DNA of 64,000 nt from a virus: positions 1-64,000 of the IMG/VR virus record IMGVR_UViG_3300028920_000038. One strand, given 5' to 3'. Positions 10,101 to 18,630 of this stretch are shown here, piece by piece (the stretch's first letter is position 1; each line of letters begins with the position of its first letter). The notes under the pieces were generated by a model. It saw nothing but the letters and a program-made list of their open reading frames with translations, was not told the origin of the DNA and searched no databases. The position numbers were made by a program, and so were the translations under genes.

Positions 10101-10240
10101 AGGAATTTGAGGGTTTTGCCATCACTATCTTCAATGTCTAAATAATCCCCAAGTTCGTTATTCGCATTCCATCTACATTTATCACACAATTTTGAATAGT
10201 TCTTGCATTTCTTATAAAATGTACAAATTACTTCCTTCAT
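10097..10240 (-). CDS. Cys-rich micro-protein (47 aa)
   Basis: Hand-read ORF MKEVICTFYKKCKNYSKLCDKCRWN...; TAATG and ATGA overlaps with both neighbours. Confidence 0.55.
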   Translation of the reverse strand: MKEVICTFYKKCKNYSKLCDKCRWNANNELGDYLDIEDSDGKTLKFL

Positions 10241-10761
10241 TAGCTATCTCCTATAATTCTTGTATTTGTATCTGCAGGAAATGTAACTACTGCTGCTCCA
10301 ATAAAGGAGATGTTAGTAGCATATCTTTTTGAATCCTCAGAGTTCCAAATATCTTTCGACATTAGTTCTACAGATAAACTATTTATTAGCTTATTATCTA
10401 TTAAGCTAATAACATCCTTGGATGTTTGTGTATACGGATATATATATAAATCTGCTCTTAAAGCTTCTTTTTTATATATAGGACTTTTTATGTGACCAAT
10501 TCTATCTAATACATTCCAAGAATGGTCTACATTAAGATAATTACATTCCCAATTCTTAGTTGCCTTTTTTAATTCAGTTGAGGTGTAATTTGTAGGAATC
10601 CCTACTGATCCGTCAGTGTGACAACCAGGAGTTAAGAGAATGCATTCCCTATATATTCGAGCATCTCCATGCTTTTGAATTATTTTATTATTATATTCAA
10701 ATTTGGTTGTCAGACGATGTTTCGTCATCTCTTGGCTCTCGCTCTTCATATTCTTCTTCAT
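10240..10761 (-). CDS. Prohead (capsid maturation) protease, HK97/Mu-like; start probably 10728
   Basis: Directly downstream of portal; LNVDH...IG (His), SLSVE (Ser), GAAVVTFPA motifs. Confidence 0.75.
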   Translation of the reverse strand: MKKNMKSESQEMTKHRLTTKFEYNNKIIQKHGDARIYRECILLTPGCHTDGSVGIPTNYTSTELKKATKNWECNYLNVDHSWNVLDRIGHIKSPIYKKEALRADLYIYPYTQTSKDVISLIDNKLINSLSVELMSKDIWNSEDSKRYATNISFIGAAVVTFPADTNTRIIGDS

Positions 10762-12115
10762 TATCTTCCTCTTCTTCTTCAGGTTGGGTATAACCTAAAA
10801 TATCATCACCACCTTCTATTGGTGGATAATCGAACATTGATCTTATTTCATTTATACTAAATGGTTTATTACCTTCTGGAAAACCTCTTAATAAGTTTCC
10901 AAGCCATTTTGATTTTACAGCTTCATCAGCATCAGTTACAGAATTAAATTTCATATAAACAAGATTCTCTTCAAATCCATTATCTATTAGAATATCATTT
11001 ATAATCTGGGTTCTAACTTTTGTAGCTAGCTTTTGTTGGATAGCTTTTATGAATCTCTCGAACATAATTTCTCTAACTCTTGCAGATGCTTCTGTTGATC
11101 CTTCTCCAAGTCCTATAGATTCTCCTGGACATAGAAGTCCTACAATTAGTTGTTTCATAAAGGTATCGAAGTATTCTTCTACTCCTTGAATTCCTTTTTC
11201 GTCTATAGTATCTATGGATAGAACTCCTGGAACAATAAATTCATTCTTTGAATTAATATCTTCCATTTCACTCTTAATAGAATCAAATATAGCTTTTGGA
11301 GGAATATTTTCTTTATCTCCTACGGTCACTACATATTTAGCTGTATGTCTTTGGACTGCATTAAATATTGTATTATCTGTAGCCATTTTTCTATCGATGT
11401 TAGTTTGATTTGGTTCCAGTAATGAAATTCCATAAGGTGAATCGTGTCTTGGAAAGAAATTGAAATGAGTCATTTCAGCTTGTGATAAAATATCTTCCGA
11501 TAATCTCCCACTTATTTTTTGTTGATAAGATACTTCTCTTCCGAATTCATCTGTATTTACAATCATAGTTGTTGGATCTACTAATTTTAATTCTGCGAGA
11601 TATCCCTTAGGTTTTTCTTTCATAGATTTTATTGTGTTTAATCTATAATTCATATTTTTAATTAAGATTGGAAAGTTATTATATTTTACTAATCTGAGAG
11701 ATAATGGATCTTTGTATTTACTCATAGAATTTTTATTTCCTTTGGCTCTAACTTTCTCTAAATAAGAATCGCCAAATACTAAACCATATATAACTATATC
11801 TAGAAGTTTGCTATCTATATCCATTTCATCAAATTTAGCTTGAACTAATTTCTTGGCTTCAGGTTCAGCAGAGATGAGATGATATCCAACCATGACTGTA
11901 TTCCAAGCTATTGTATTTATAGATGCAAATATAGTTCCTTCAGAATCGTAATATTCCCAATATTTTTTAAGATTCTTTTCATTTCTCTTAGCTGGTATTC
12001 CTTTCTTATCAGATGAAGTTGTTATAGAAGAAATAACAGTTTTTGGATTTCCCTGACTATCTAACCATTTAGTTTCTTTATTTTTATTAGTTCTAAATCT
12101 ATCTAATATAGCCAT
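10697..12115 (-). CDS. Portal protein
   Basis: 472 aa just downstream of TerL; GLVFGDSYLEKV, LKLVDPTTM, SPYGISLLEP patterns typical of HK97-like portals; acidic C-terminal tail. Confidence 0.85.
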   Translation of the reverse strand: MAILDRFRTNKNKETKWLDSQGNPKTVISSITTSSDKKGIPAKRNEKNLKKYWEYYDSEGTIFASINTIAWNTVMVGYHLISAEPEAKKLVQAKFDEMDIDSKLLDIVIYGLVFGDSYLEKVRAKGNKNSMSKYKDPLSLRLVKYNNFPILIKNMNYRLNTIKSMKEKPKGYLAELKLVDPTTMIVNTDEFGREVSYQQKISGRLSEDILSQAEMTHFNFFPRHDSPYGISLLEPNQTNIDRKMATDNTIFNAVQRHTAKYVVTVGDKENIPPKAIFDSIKSEMEDINSKNEFIVPGVLSIDTIDEKGIQGVEEYFDTFMKQLIVGLLCPGESIGLGEGSTEASARVREIMFERFIKAIQQKLATKVRTQIINDILIDNGFEENLVYMKFNSVTDADEAVKSKWLGNLLRGFPEGNKPFSINEIRSMFDYPPIEGGDDILGYTQPEEEEEDNEEEYEEREPRDDETSSDNQI

Positions 12116-12117
12116 TT

Positions 12118-12378
12118 TTATTTCTTAGATTTTCTTATTCCAGATAAGACAATCTCTATTGAAGAAACATTTCTTTCCTCGAATGGTTCACTATTAATAG
12201 AGACACTATATCCTGGATTTTCTAAATAGTCTCTAATTAAAATTGCTACTATATCTATGGCTTTCTTTATGTAACTTCCACGAGCTACAATTTTAATTTC
12301 CTTATTTTCATTCAAGGCATAAAAACATGCTGTTATATATTGCGATATTTCCTTTTTTCCTATGTATATGTCTTCCAT
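12118..12378 (-). CDS. albA: Alba (Sso10b-family) DNA/RNA-binding protein
   Basis: IYIGKK...Y......IKIVARG..IKKAIDIV...I.SE....RNVSSIEIVL matches the archaeal Alba consensus. Confidence 0.9.
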   Translation of the reverse strand: MEDIYIGKKEISQYITACFYALNENKEIKIVARGSYIKKAIDIVAILIRDYLENPGYSVSINSEPFEERNVSSIEIVLSGIRKSKK

Positions 12379-12388
12379 ACTAATCCTC

Positions 12389-13798
12389 TCAAATTTTTGT
12401 TACTTTCCACATACCGTATGAAGTTTCTTTTGAGGATATCAAATTTGGCACTTCATTCCAGTTAACATTACTTCTTCTGTCTAATAAATCCTGAGAGGAT
12501 TGAACAGCAAACGATAAAGAATCGATTGTGTCATCGTGAGATCCTCTAGGAAAAGACGCTATTTCATCTATCCAATGAGTTAATCTTGGATTTATAGAAA
12601 TCCTACCAGTTTCAAATAGTAAGGATAATCTTTGAACTCTAGACATTCTATCATTAACCACTGAAGATTTTATTGGTATGATAGGTAAACTTGGATTCTT
12701 TTCAATTAAATCTTCTACTATTAATTTTTGTTGAGCAGCTTGCTCTACTCCTATTCTAATAGGGGTCCACTTCTGATCCAATTCATTAATAGTTTGAAAT
12801 TGTCTAGATAAGGTCAAATGACCTCTGTATCCATCAACAAGACTTACAAATCCATCATTAATAGTTATGACAGATATTGCGAAGTAATCGCTGTCTTCTC
12901 CTGATGATGCGAAGTCTACTCCCATATAAGATTTGAATGGTGCTGCAGGAATTTTATATATTTCCTTCGCATTTTCTATCCATTCCCATTTTATGGGAGC
13001 TTCTTCTTCTGAGATAAATTCATTCTGGTATTGCATCATAAAGCTTACATTACCATATGAATTTTTAATTTCTAATAGTTTTTCATATGACCATCTATCT
13101 GGCCATAGCACTTCTGCTTCTTCATCTTCTGTAGGCTCTTTAATTAGAGCTACATATTTCTTATTTATGTAATTAGGTAAACTTTCAAAGTAACTGTGAA
13201 TATCAGATTGATGCCATTTGGTACCAATGGATATCACTTTTCCATCTGGTTCAAGCATTGGCATAAGAGTCTGATTAAACCATCTTACAAGTTCTCTTCT
13301 ACGATGTTCGGTTCTTGAATTCTGTTGATCTGTTACATCGTCTAGAATAATAAGATCGTAATGTCCTCCAACCATAGAGGAAGTTACACCCAAAACCTGT
13401 AAGGTAGGTTCTTTAATACTCGATGAAGCTCCTTTTACTCTTATAGCAGATCTAGACCAATCAAGATGACTTTTCTGTTGTCCATATAATTCTGTTAATT
13501 TTTCGTTTGTCTCTAAATGTTTTTGTATAAGAGACATTATCTCATTAGCTTTATCTTGATTAATTGTAACTAGAAGAATTCGCACATTTGGATTTGTGAC
13601 TATTCTCCATATTACATAAGCGCTAACTATAAAAGTTTTTCCATGTCCTCTAGGAGCTAATAATGATATGTGAGAATTATTCTCAAATAAATCTAACCAT
13701 TCCTGGTGAAAATTTACGCATTGTAATCCTAGAATATCAGTCGTAAATAATATAGGATCAGTTGAATACTTTAAGAGTTTCTTTATATCTGAAGTCAT
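12389..13798 (-). CDS. terL: Terminase large subunit
   Basis: Walker A APRGHGKT, Walker B LIILDD, coupling motif IGT, nuclease GVDFA and HDDTIDS. Confidence 0.95.
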   Translation of the reverse strand: MTSDIKKLLKYSTDPILFTTDILGLQCVNFHQEWLDLFENNSHISLLAPRGHGKTFIVSAYVIWRIVTNPNVRILLVTINQDKANEIMSLIQKHLETNEKLTELYGQQKSHLDWSRSAIRVKGASSSIKEPTLQVLGVTSSMVGGHYDLIILDDVTDQQNSRTEHRRRELVRWFNQTLMPMLEPDGKVISIGTKWHQSDIHSYFESLPNYINKKYVALIKEPTEDEEAEVLWPDRWSYEKLLEIKNSYGNVSFMMQYQNEFISEEEAPIKWEWIENAKEIYKIPAAPFKSYMGVDFASSGEDSDYFAISVITINDGFVSLVDGYRGHLTLSRQFQTINELDQKWTPIRIGVEQAAQQKLIVEDLIEKNPSLPIIPIKSSVVNDRMSRVQRLSLLFETGRISINPRLTHWIDEIASFPRGSHDDTIDSLSFAVQSSQDLLDRRSNVNWNEVPNLISSKETSYGMWKVTKI

Positions 13799-13867
13799 TT
13801 ATTGTATAGAAAGAATAATAACAGTTTAACATATATGTGTCTAACTAATTATCAATCAAGTAAGGCC

Positions 13868-14008
13868 TTAGAAGCCAAAACCGAGATTGAATGTAAGACC
13901 GAAAATTTCCTTAGCTATGAAAAGGAACCCAAAGAATGGTAAAATCCATTTTGTAGCTCCTTCCAACCATTTTTCTAAATCCATATATTTATCTCCTTTC
14001 TTTTTCAT
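13868..14008 (-). CDS. Small hydrophobic protein (46 aa, or 38 aa from 13984)
   Basis: Hand-read ORF ...MDLEKWLEGATKWILPFFGFLFIAKEIFGLTFNLGFGF. Confidence 0.4.
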   Translation of the reverse strand: MKKKGDKYMDLEKWLEGATKWILPFFGFLFIAKEIFGLTFNLGFGF

Positions 14009-14057
14009 ATTTTACACCCTAATTCAAATTAGACATACCATAAAAAAAGAAGTCTAA

Positions 14058-14399
14058 CTATTCAGCACATGTGACTTGCACTACTTCTGAGTCTGATTTG
14101 TGTTTGAGGTAGTTATATATAGCTACTAGGATAGGGGTTAAGGCTACAAAAATTGCAGCATATTCTTCGTATTCTAGTTGTAAGAATGGTATTCCCACCT
14201 CAATGAAATATCCTAGTCCTGCAACTCCCATCACTGTCACAAGGGTATATATAAACTTCTTTAATGTGATACTAGGGTCATATGTACTAACTTCTGCTAA
14301 ATATGTGGTTTCGCAGTTCAAACTTGATTTAGAAATGTCTTCTAACTCTTTCTCTTTTTCCTCAATTTTCTCTTCGAGGGAATCAACACTCTTTTTCAA
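14058..14399 (-). CDS. Coiled-coil + 2-TM membrane protein (holin-like); frame is open upstream to ATA/ATC at 14447/14444
   Basis: Two hydrophobic helices (FIYTLVTVMGVAGLGYFIEVGIPFL; AAIFVALTPILVAIYNYL); GGAGGAG site overlapping the TerS stop. Confidence 0.55.
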   Translation of the reverse strand: MKKSVDSLEEKIEEKEKELEDISKSSLNCETTYLAEVSTYDPSITLKKFIYTLVTVMGVAGLGYFIEVGIPFLQLEYEEYAAIFVALTPILVAIYNYLKHKSDSEVVQVTCAE

Positions 14400-14443
14400 T
14401 TTTTCTATTTCAAGTTCTAACTTATCTCTTTTCTTAATTGTGA

Positions 14444-15001
14444 TTATATCTCCTCCACAAGTTTTGAGATTTTGGCTTTACATTTTGGACATAGAGAATT
14501 TACAAAGTTAAGAAGGAGGTTTTTGACATGAATTTCCTTCTTGAGATTCACATTATAAATAGTATTTGCTCGTCTCTCACCATATTGCTTTAATGAGACT
14601 TGGTTCTTTAACATTTGATTTAAGTTATCTCTAACTTCTTTGATAGCTTTTAATTTCACATTATAATCTTGAGATCCTTCTTCTATATCTTTCAATATAA
14701 TAATTGACTTCTCATAAAGTTCTTTAGTCTTTTCGTGGATATCATCCACTTCATCCCGATACATCTCTGTAAAATCCTTAACTGGATCTTTACCTTCTGT
14801 AACTTCTCCCTGCAACTCCTTTTCTTCAGCATTCCTTATATATCGAGATATCGACATTCCCGATAAATTTTTCAGGGAATGAATTTCAGGATGATTATCG
14901 CTAATTCGCTTAGCAATATCATGAACGCTATAATTCATTTCACGCAACTGCTTTACTTCGTCTTCCAAATTATATTGGATTATCTTGTTTTCTTTACTCA
15001 T
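14444..15001 (-). CDS. Probable terminase small subunit
   Basis: First gene of the late operon upstream of TerL; N-terminal HTH-like segment, helical/coiled-coil middle, C-terminal CPKC. Mostly a positional call. Confidence 0.55.
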   Translation of the reverse strand: MSKENKIIQYNLEDEVKQLREMNYSVHDIAKRISDNHPEIHSLKNLSGMSISRYIRNAEEKELQGEVTEGKDPVKDFTEMYRDEVDDIHEKTKELYEKSIIILKDIEEGSQDYNVKLKAIKEVRDNLNQMLKNQVSLKQYGERRANTIYNVNLKKEIHVKNLLLNFVNSLCPKCKAKISKLVEEI

Positions 15002-15195
15002 TTTATATACTAACCTCTAATTATATATTTTAGTACACCACCCAATTACCCGCCATGCTTGGCACTCCTTTTTACGAAAAACTATCAAGAGATATATAGG
15101 TGAATATTTAAATATATATATTTCACCTTCTCTCAATTATATTATATGCGGAATAGTTTTTCTGACCCCCTTTAGCGATTTACTCCTGTTGGAGC

Positions 15196-15212
15196 ACCGA
15201 AAAGTATATAAA
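15196..15212 (+). promoter_or_regulatory. Archaeal BRE+TATA promoter-like element
   Basis: ACCGAAAA-GTATATAAA. Confidence 0.5.
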
Positions 15213-15742
15213 GGGGAACTGCATATTTTTAGCGTAATTTGGGCTATTTTGAGGGCTAGAGTTTTCTCACGTAAGCCATGTGAAATAGGTACGTTTTTTG
15301 TACTTTTTCTTATATAGTAGATAGAAAAAAGTACAGGTAATTGATTTTGGGATTTCGTTATAGTATGGGGAGATAACTAAGCAGTATTTTATCCGACCAT
15401 TTTTATTAACATCTTTTTATGTTTTATATTAGATATTTATATTTGATTAATTAGATTAGAATAATAGTCTTGATAAGGTATGACATACCACGGCAGATTA
15501 TTCTATATTATTCTTCTATATTTATTTAACCTGAAAGTATATTTAACGTGCTAGATTTTGTCAATAGTATACTTAACAGTTGAAAATGTAATATCAATAT
15601 TCTGAATTAAGTTTTTAGATTTCATTTTTTTCAATCTTTATCTTCTTCTTGATATACTGTATAATGGGACTCGTGTCCCACACATTGATCAATTTTTATT
15701 ATTCAACCACGCAGATATTAATCCCTCCTGTTGCCCTTCGAG

Positions 15743-15759
15743 ACCGAAAGGTTTATATA
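15743..15759 (+). promoter_or_regulatory. Archaeal BRE+TATA promoter (leaderless HNH gene)
   Basis: ACCGAAAG-G-TTTATATA about 24 nt upstream of the ATG at 15783. Confidence 0.7.
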
Positions 15760-15779
15760 CCCACCGTGGTATATAGGGA

Positions 15780-16151
15780 TTGATGAATATGGAAACCACA
15801 AACCTAAACCCACAAGAAGCAAACGACCTGCATCGAGCAGGAATATTGATAAGAGCAACCAATGGAATTTTTATTAATTCCTCTGGATATAAAACAATCA
15901 AAACAAAAAGACAATCTTCTGTCTTACCTGATAAGATTGTTAATGTCCATAAAGTACTCGGACTCTTAAAGTGTGTAGACCTAGGACTCATAGAGTCTAT
16001 ACAAAAAGGCTTTGAAATTACGAAAAAATACAAGCTTGAAACCCATCACAAGAATGGTAATAAAGAAGACAACAGAATTGAAAACATCGAGCCATTCTTA
16101 ACACGCTATCAACACAACGTATTAAACTATAAAACACTTCGAGGTGATTAA
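15780..16151 (+). CDS. HNH endonuclease
   Basis: VHK...ETHHKNGNKEDNRIENIE...QHN (HNH_3-type motif). Confidence 0.85.
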   Translation: MMNMETTNLNPQEANDLHRAGILIRATNGIFINSSGYKTIKTKRQSSVLPDKIVNVHKVLGLLKCVDLGLIESIQKGFEITKKYKLETHHKNGNKEDNRIENIEPFLTRYQHNVLNYKTLRGD

Positions 16152-16458
16152 AATTACCTCTTTCTCCTTTTACCACGTCAAGAGCAAATTCAGAAAAAGA
16201 AAGGATGTATTAAGCTTTCTTAACGATGTCTTCGAGCCGTACTCTTTCAGACACACAATATTTACAGCAATCGACTTTAAAAAAGGAAAAAGACAAATCG
16301 CAGAACATTCAGGAGTTTATCTCGAGGGATTCAAGTTAAAAGAAACAGATAATGGGATTCTAGTTAAAATCCCCAAGAATGTAGCTGAAGATGTCGAGGA
16401 CAAATTTTATACAACACAAAACAAATATGGGATTCTCTGGGAGGAAATCTCCCATTAA
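16144..16458 (+). CDS. Hypothetical protein
   Basis: ORF track; GAGGTGA SD, true start possibly ATT at 16153. Confidence 0.55.
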   Translation: MIKITSFSFYHVKSKFRKRKDVLSFLNDVFEPYSFRHTIFTAIDFKKGKRQIAEHSGVYLEGFKLKETDNGILVKIPKNVAEDVEDKFYTTQNKYGILWEEISH

Positions 16459-16639
16459 TTTTTATGGAGGAATAAAAATGAAATATAAAGACTGGAAGAA
16501 AAAATATATAATGTTACATCTAGACCCAGAATTATACTTTGACAATGAATATATAAACAGATATATAGTATTAACACATAAAGAACTCGATTCTCTAATT
16601 AAAAAGAGAAAGTATAGAACTGATATTCTAGATGACTAA

Positions 16640-16652
16640 TCTTTTTTTTTAT
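16640..16652 (+). terminator. Oligo-T terminator-like tract
   Basis: T9 run immediately after the stop of the 16478-16639 gene. Confidence 0.45.
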
Positions 16653-16657
16653 ATTGC

Positions 16658-16785
16658 CGTGGGACTCACGTGAGAAATGTTAGCATGGCTCATACATGTC
16701 CCACATGCATGGGCGACCATGCTAGACATTAACATGCATGGCCCATGACACGTGTTAGCACGGATCAAGATAACAATTAGCATGA
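16658..16785. repeat. CATG/GTGGGAC/GCTAGAC-rich repeat block 1
   Basis: GTGGGAC, GTCCCAC, CATGCTAGAC and TGTTAGCA(T/C)GG units in a GC-elevated island. Confidence 0.85.
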
Positions 16786-16860
16786 TATATATAAAAATAA
16801 TTAAATTAAATATATTAATATAAAAAAGAAAAAAAGAAAGAGAGGATTATAAATATAATT

Positions 16861-17139
16861 TTATAATCCAAGTCCAGATAATGGGTTAGCCATTTGACGC
16901 TTTGCGACAGCAACCATATACGCAAGTTCACGCTTGTCCATAATCTCCTCGAGAGCTTGTACTTCACAAGAGGTTTTTGTACCAAATTCCTGCTCAAGCT
17001 CTGAAATGCGTTTTACTAGTTGCTCGATTTTGTGGTCAAAGGTTACTTTGTCTACACCGCAGGCATCGTGCATTTTTTCTGCGAAATGGTCAAATTCTGG
17101 GAAATCATCATCCAAGTTTTTCACCTCCTTTTTTGTCAT
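16861..17139 (-). CDS. Hypothetical protein (92 aa, MTKKEV...), leaderless
   Basis: Track ORF trimmed to the ATG at 17139, 22 nt downstream of a minus-strand BRE/TATA. Confidence 0.6.
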   Translation of the reverse strand: MTKKEVKNLDDDFPEFDHFAEKMHDACGVDKVTFDHKIEQLVKRISELEQEFGTKTSCEVQALEEIMDKRELAYMVAVAKRQMANPLSGLGL

Positions 17140-17159
17140 AGTTAGTAATAGGTTAGGGA

Positions 17160-17454
17160 GTATATAAATGTTTCCTATAGAGAATATAGTGTGCTCAATA
17201 GTAGCATGCGTGTCATTGTCTAGCATGGCTGCATGCATCCAGCGTGGGACACGCATGTCAATTGCTAACATGGTGCATGGATCAATGCCGTGCTACATGT
17301 TAACATGGATCAGTGTAGTCCCACATGCACCATGCATGCATGCTACATGTTAGCACGGTACATACCAGCATGGACCATGACACATGTTAACATACTACAT
17401 ACTACCGTGCTAATATTGAGCACTATAGAGAATATATAGGAAAGTATTATATAC
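17160..17454. repeat. Repeat block 2 flanked by a 41-nt imperfect inverted repeat containing divergent TATA promoters
   Basis: Arms 17160-17200 and 17414-17454 match in GTATATAA, TTTCCTATA and GTGCTCAATA with identical spacing; interior is CATG-rich. Confidence 0.8.
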
Positions 17455-17475
17455 TAGTGAATACATGTATATATT

Positions 17476-17946
17476 ATGGAACAAAAAGACTTGGAGAAAA
17501 TCGCAAATATGGTTGCGAATATTCTCGAGAAAGCAGGTGAAAAACCAACAGAAGAAAAACCACAACCACAACAAGAAATGAGTTACACTGATGGTATGAC
17601 AATGATTAGCAAGATGTCAGCTGTGGATTTAATAAAAACATTTGGACACATTGATAAAGAGCAACCGTTCTTTATACAGAGTAAAACCCTAAAAAAATTC
17701 TTTAAGGAGAATAATATTAAAGGGTTGCCGTGGATTCGATACGATATTAATATCGACAGAATTATAAAAATCGCTGACTATCGAAAGCTGACTAAAAAAT
17801 CCAGAGCAACACTGAAGAAATCCTGTTTAAAATATTTAAATGACAGGATAAAAGCCGTGAGAAACCTTGACATATCTGACAAACAAAAAGAGCATCGCAT
17901 CAACAACCTAGAAAAAGCAGTACACAAAATCGGTGATGACCTATAA
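17476..17946 (+). CDS. Hypothetical basic protein (156 aa), leaderless
   Basis: ATG about 23 nt after GGAAAGTATTATATA. Confidence 0.7.
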   Translation: MEQKDLEKIANMVANILEKAGEKPTEEKPQPQQEMSYTDGMTMISKMSAVDLIKTFGHIDKEQPFFIQSKTLKKFFKENNIKGLPWIRYDINIDRIIKIADYRKLTKKSRATLKKSCLKYLNDRIKAVRNLDISDKQKEHRINNLEKAVHKIGDDL

Positions 17947-17989
17947 AAAAAGAGGAGCACGAATTTATGAACGCATTAATATTAAACTT

Positions 17990-18016
17990 GAGGGATAAAA
18001 TCCCTCCCTCTTTTAT
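17990..18016 (+). terminator. Hairpin + T-rich terminator-like element
   Basis: GAGGGAT-AAA-ATCCCTC followed by CCTCTTTTATTT. Confidence 0.45.
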
Positions 18017-18059
18017 TTCGCTGGTATTTATATTAATGGAGATATTTAATTGAGGAGGC

Positions 18060-18630
18060 GTGCTAATTGTTAGCATGGCACAGAGTAGCATGGATCATGG
18101 GCCATGTTAGTGTGTGACATGTTAGCGTGTGGCATGTTAGCATGGAGCATGGATCATGCATGGTTGTGGGACCTGCATGCTACGTGTTACCATGGATCAT
18201 GATAGCATGGATCAGTGGGACTGGGTCCCACAGCGTGACATTATCATGCATGCAAGCATGCTAGACATTATCACTCATGGCTGGATCATGGATCCGTGCT
18301 AGACATTCTCATGCATACTACTATGTGACACTATATCACGCGATACGCGGGCGTGCTAGAGATTGTCACGCGTGCTAGATAATAGCTGGCACTGTGGGAC
18401 TGCCATGCTAGACGTTGTCACTCATGCATGTGCCATGTTAACACGGACCATGTTAGCAGGTCGCACACGGGTCCCACACCGTGCTAGACTATATCATGCA
18501 TGGGCGTGCTAGACAGTGTCACGCAAGGCTGTGGGACTCGGCTGACAAGTGTTAGCATGGTGCATGCTACCGTGTAGCATACTAACACGCCTCATGATAA
18601 CGTGTGTCATACTAACATTGCACATGACAT
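18060..18630. repeat. CATG/GTGGGAC/GCTAGAC-rich repeat block 3 (largest)
   Basis: About 30 CATG by hand count; GTGGGAC/GTCCCAC x6 including the palindrome GTGGGACTGGGTCCCAC; GCTAGA x7; non-coding. Confidence 0.9.

Noticed and set aside
17140-17353. N-terminal extension of ORF 16861-17271 and ORF 17168-17353
   Set aside because: Both are read-throughs of the CATG repeat block (M/H/A/C-rich); a promoter and ATG at 17139 explain the real gene.
16658-18630. CRISPR array or mini-array
   Set aside because: Units are short (4-11 nt), in both orientations and irregularly spaced; there is no constant 25-40 nt repeat with unique spacers.
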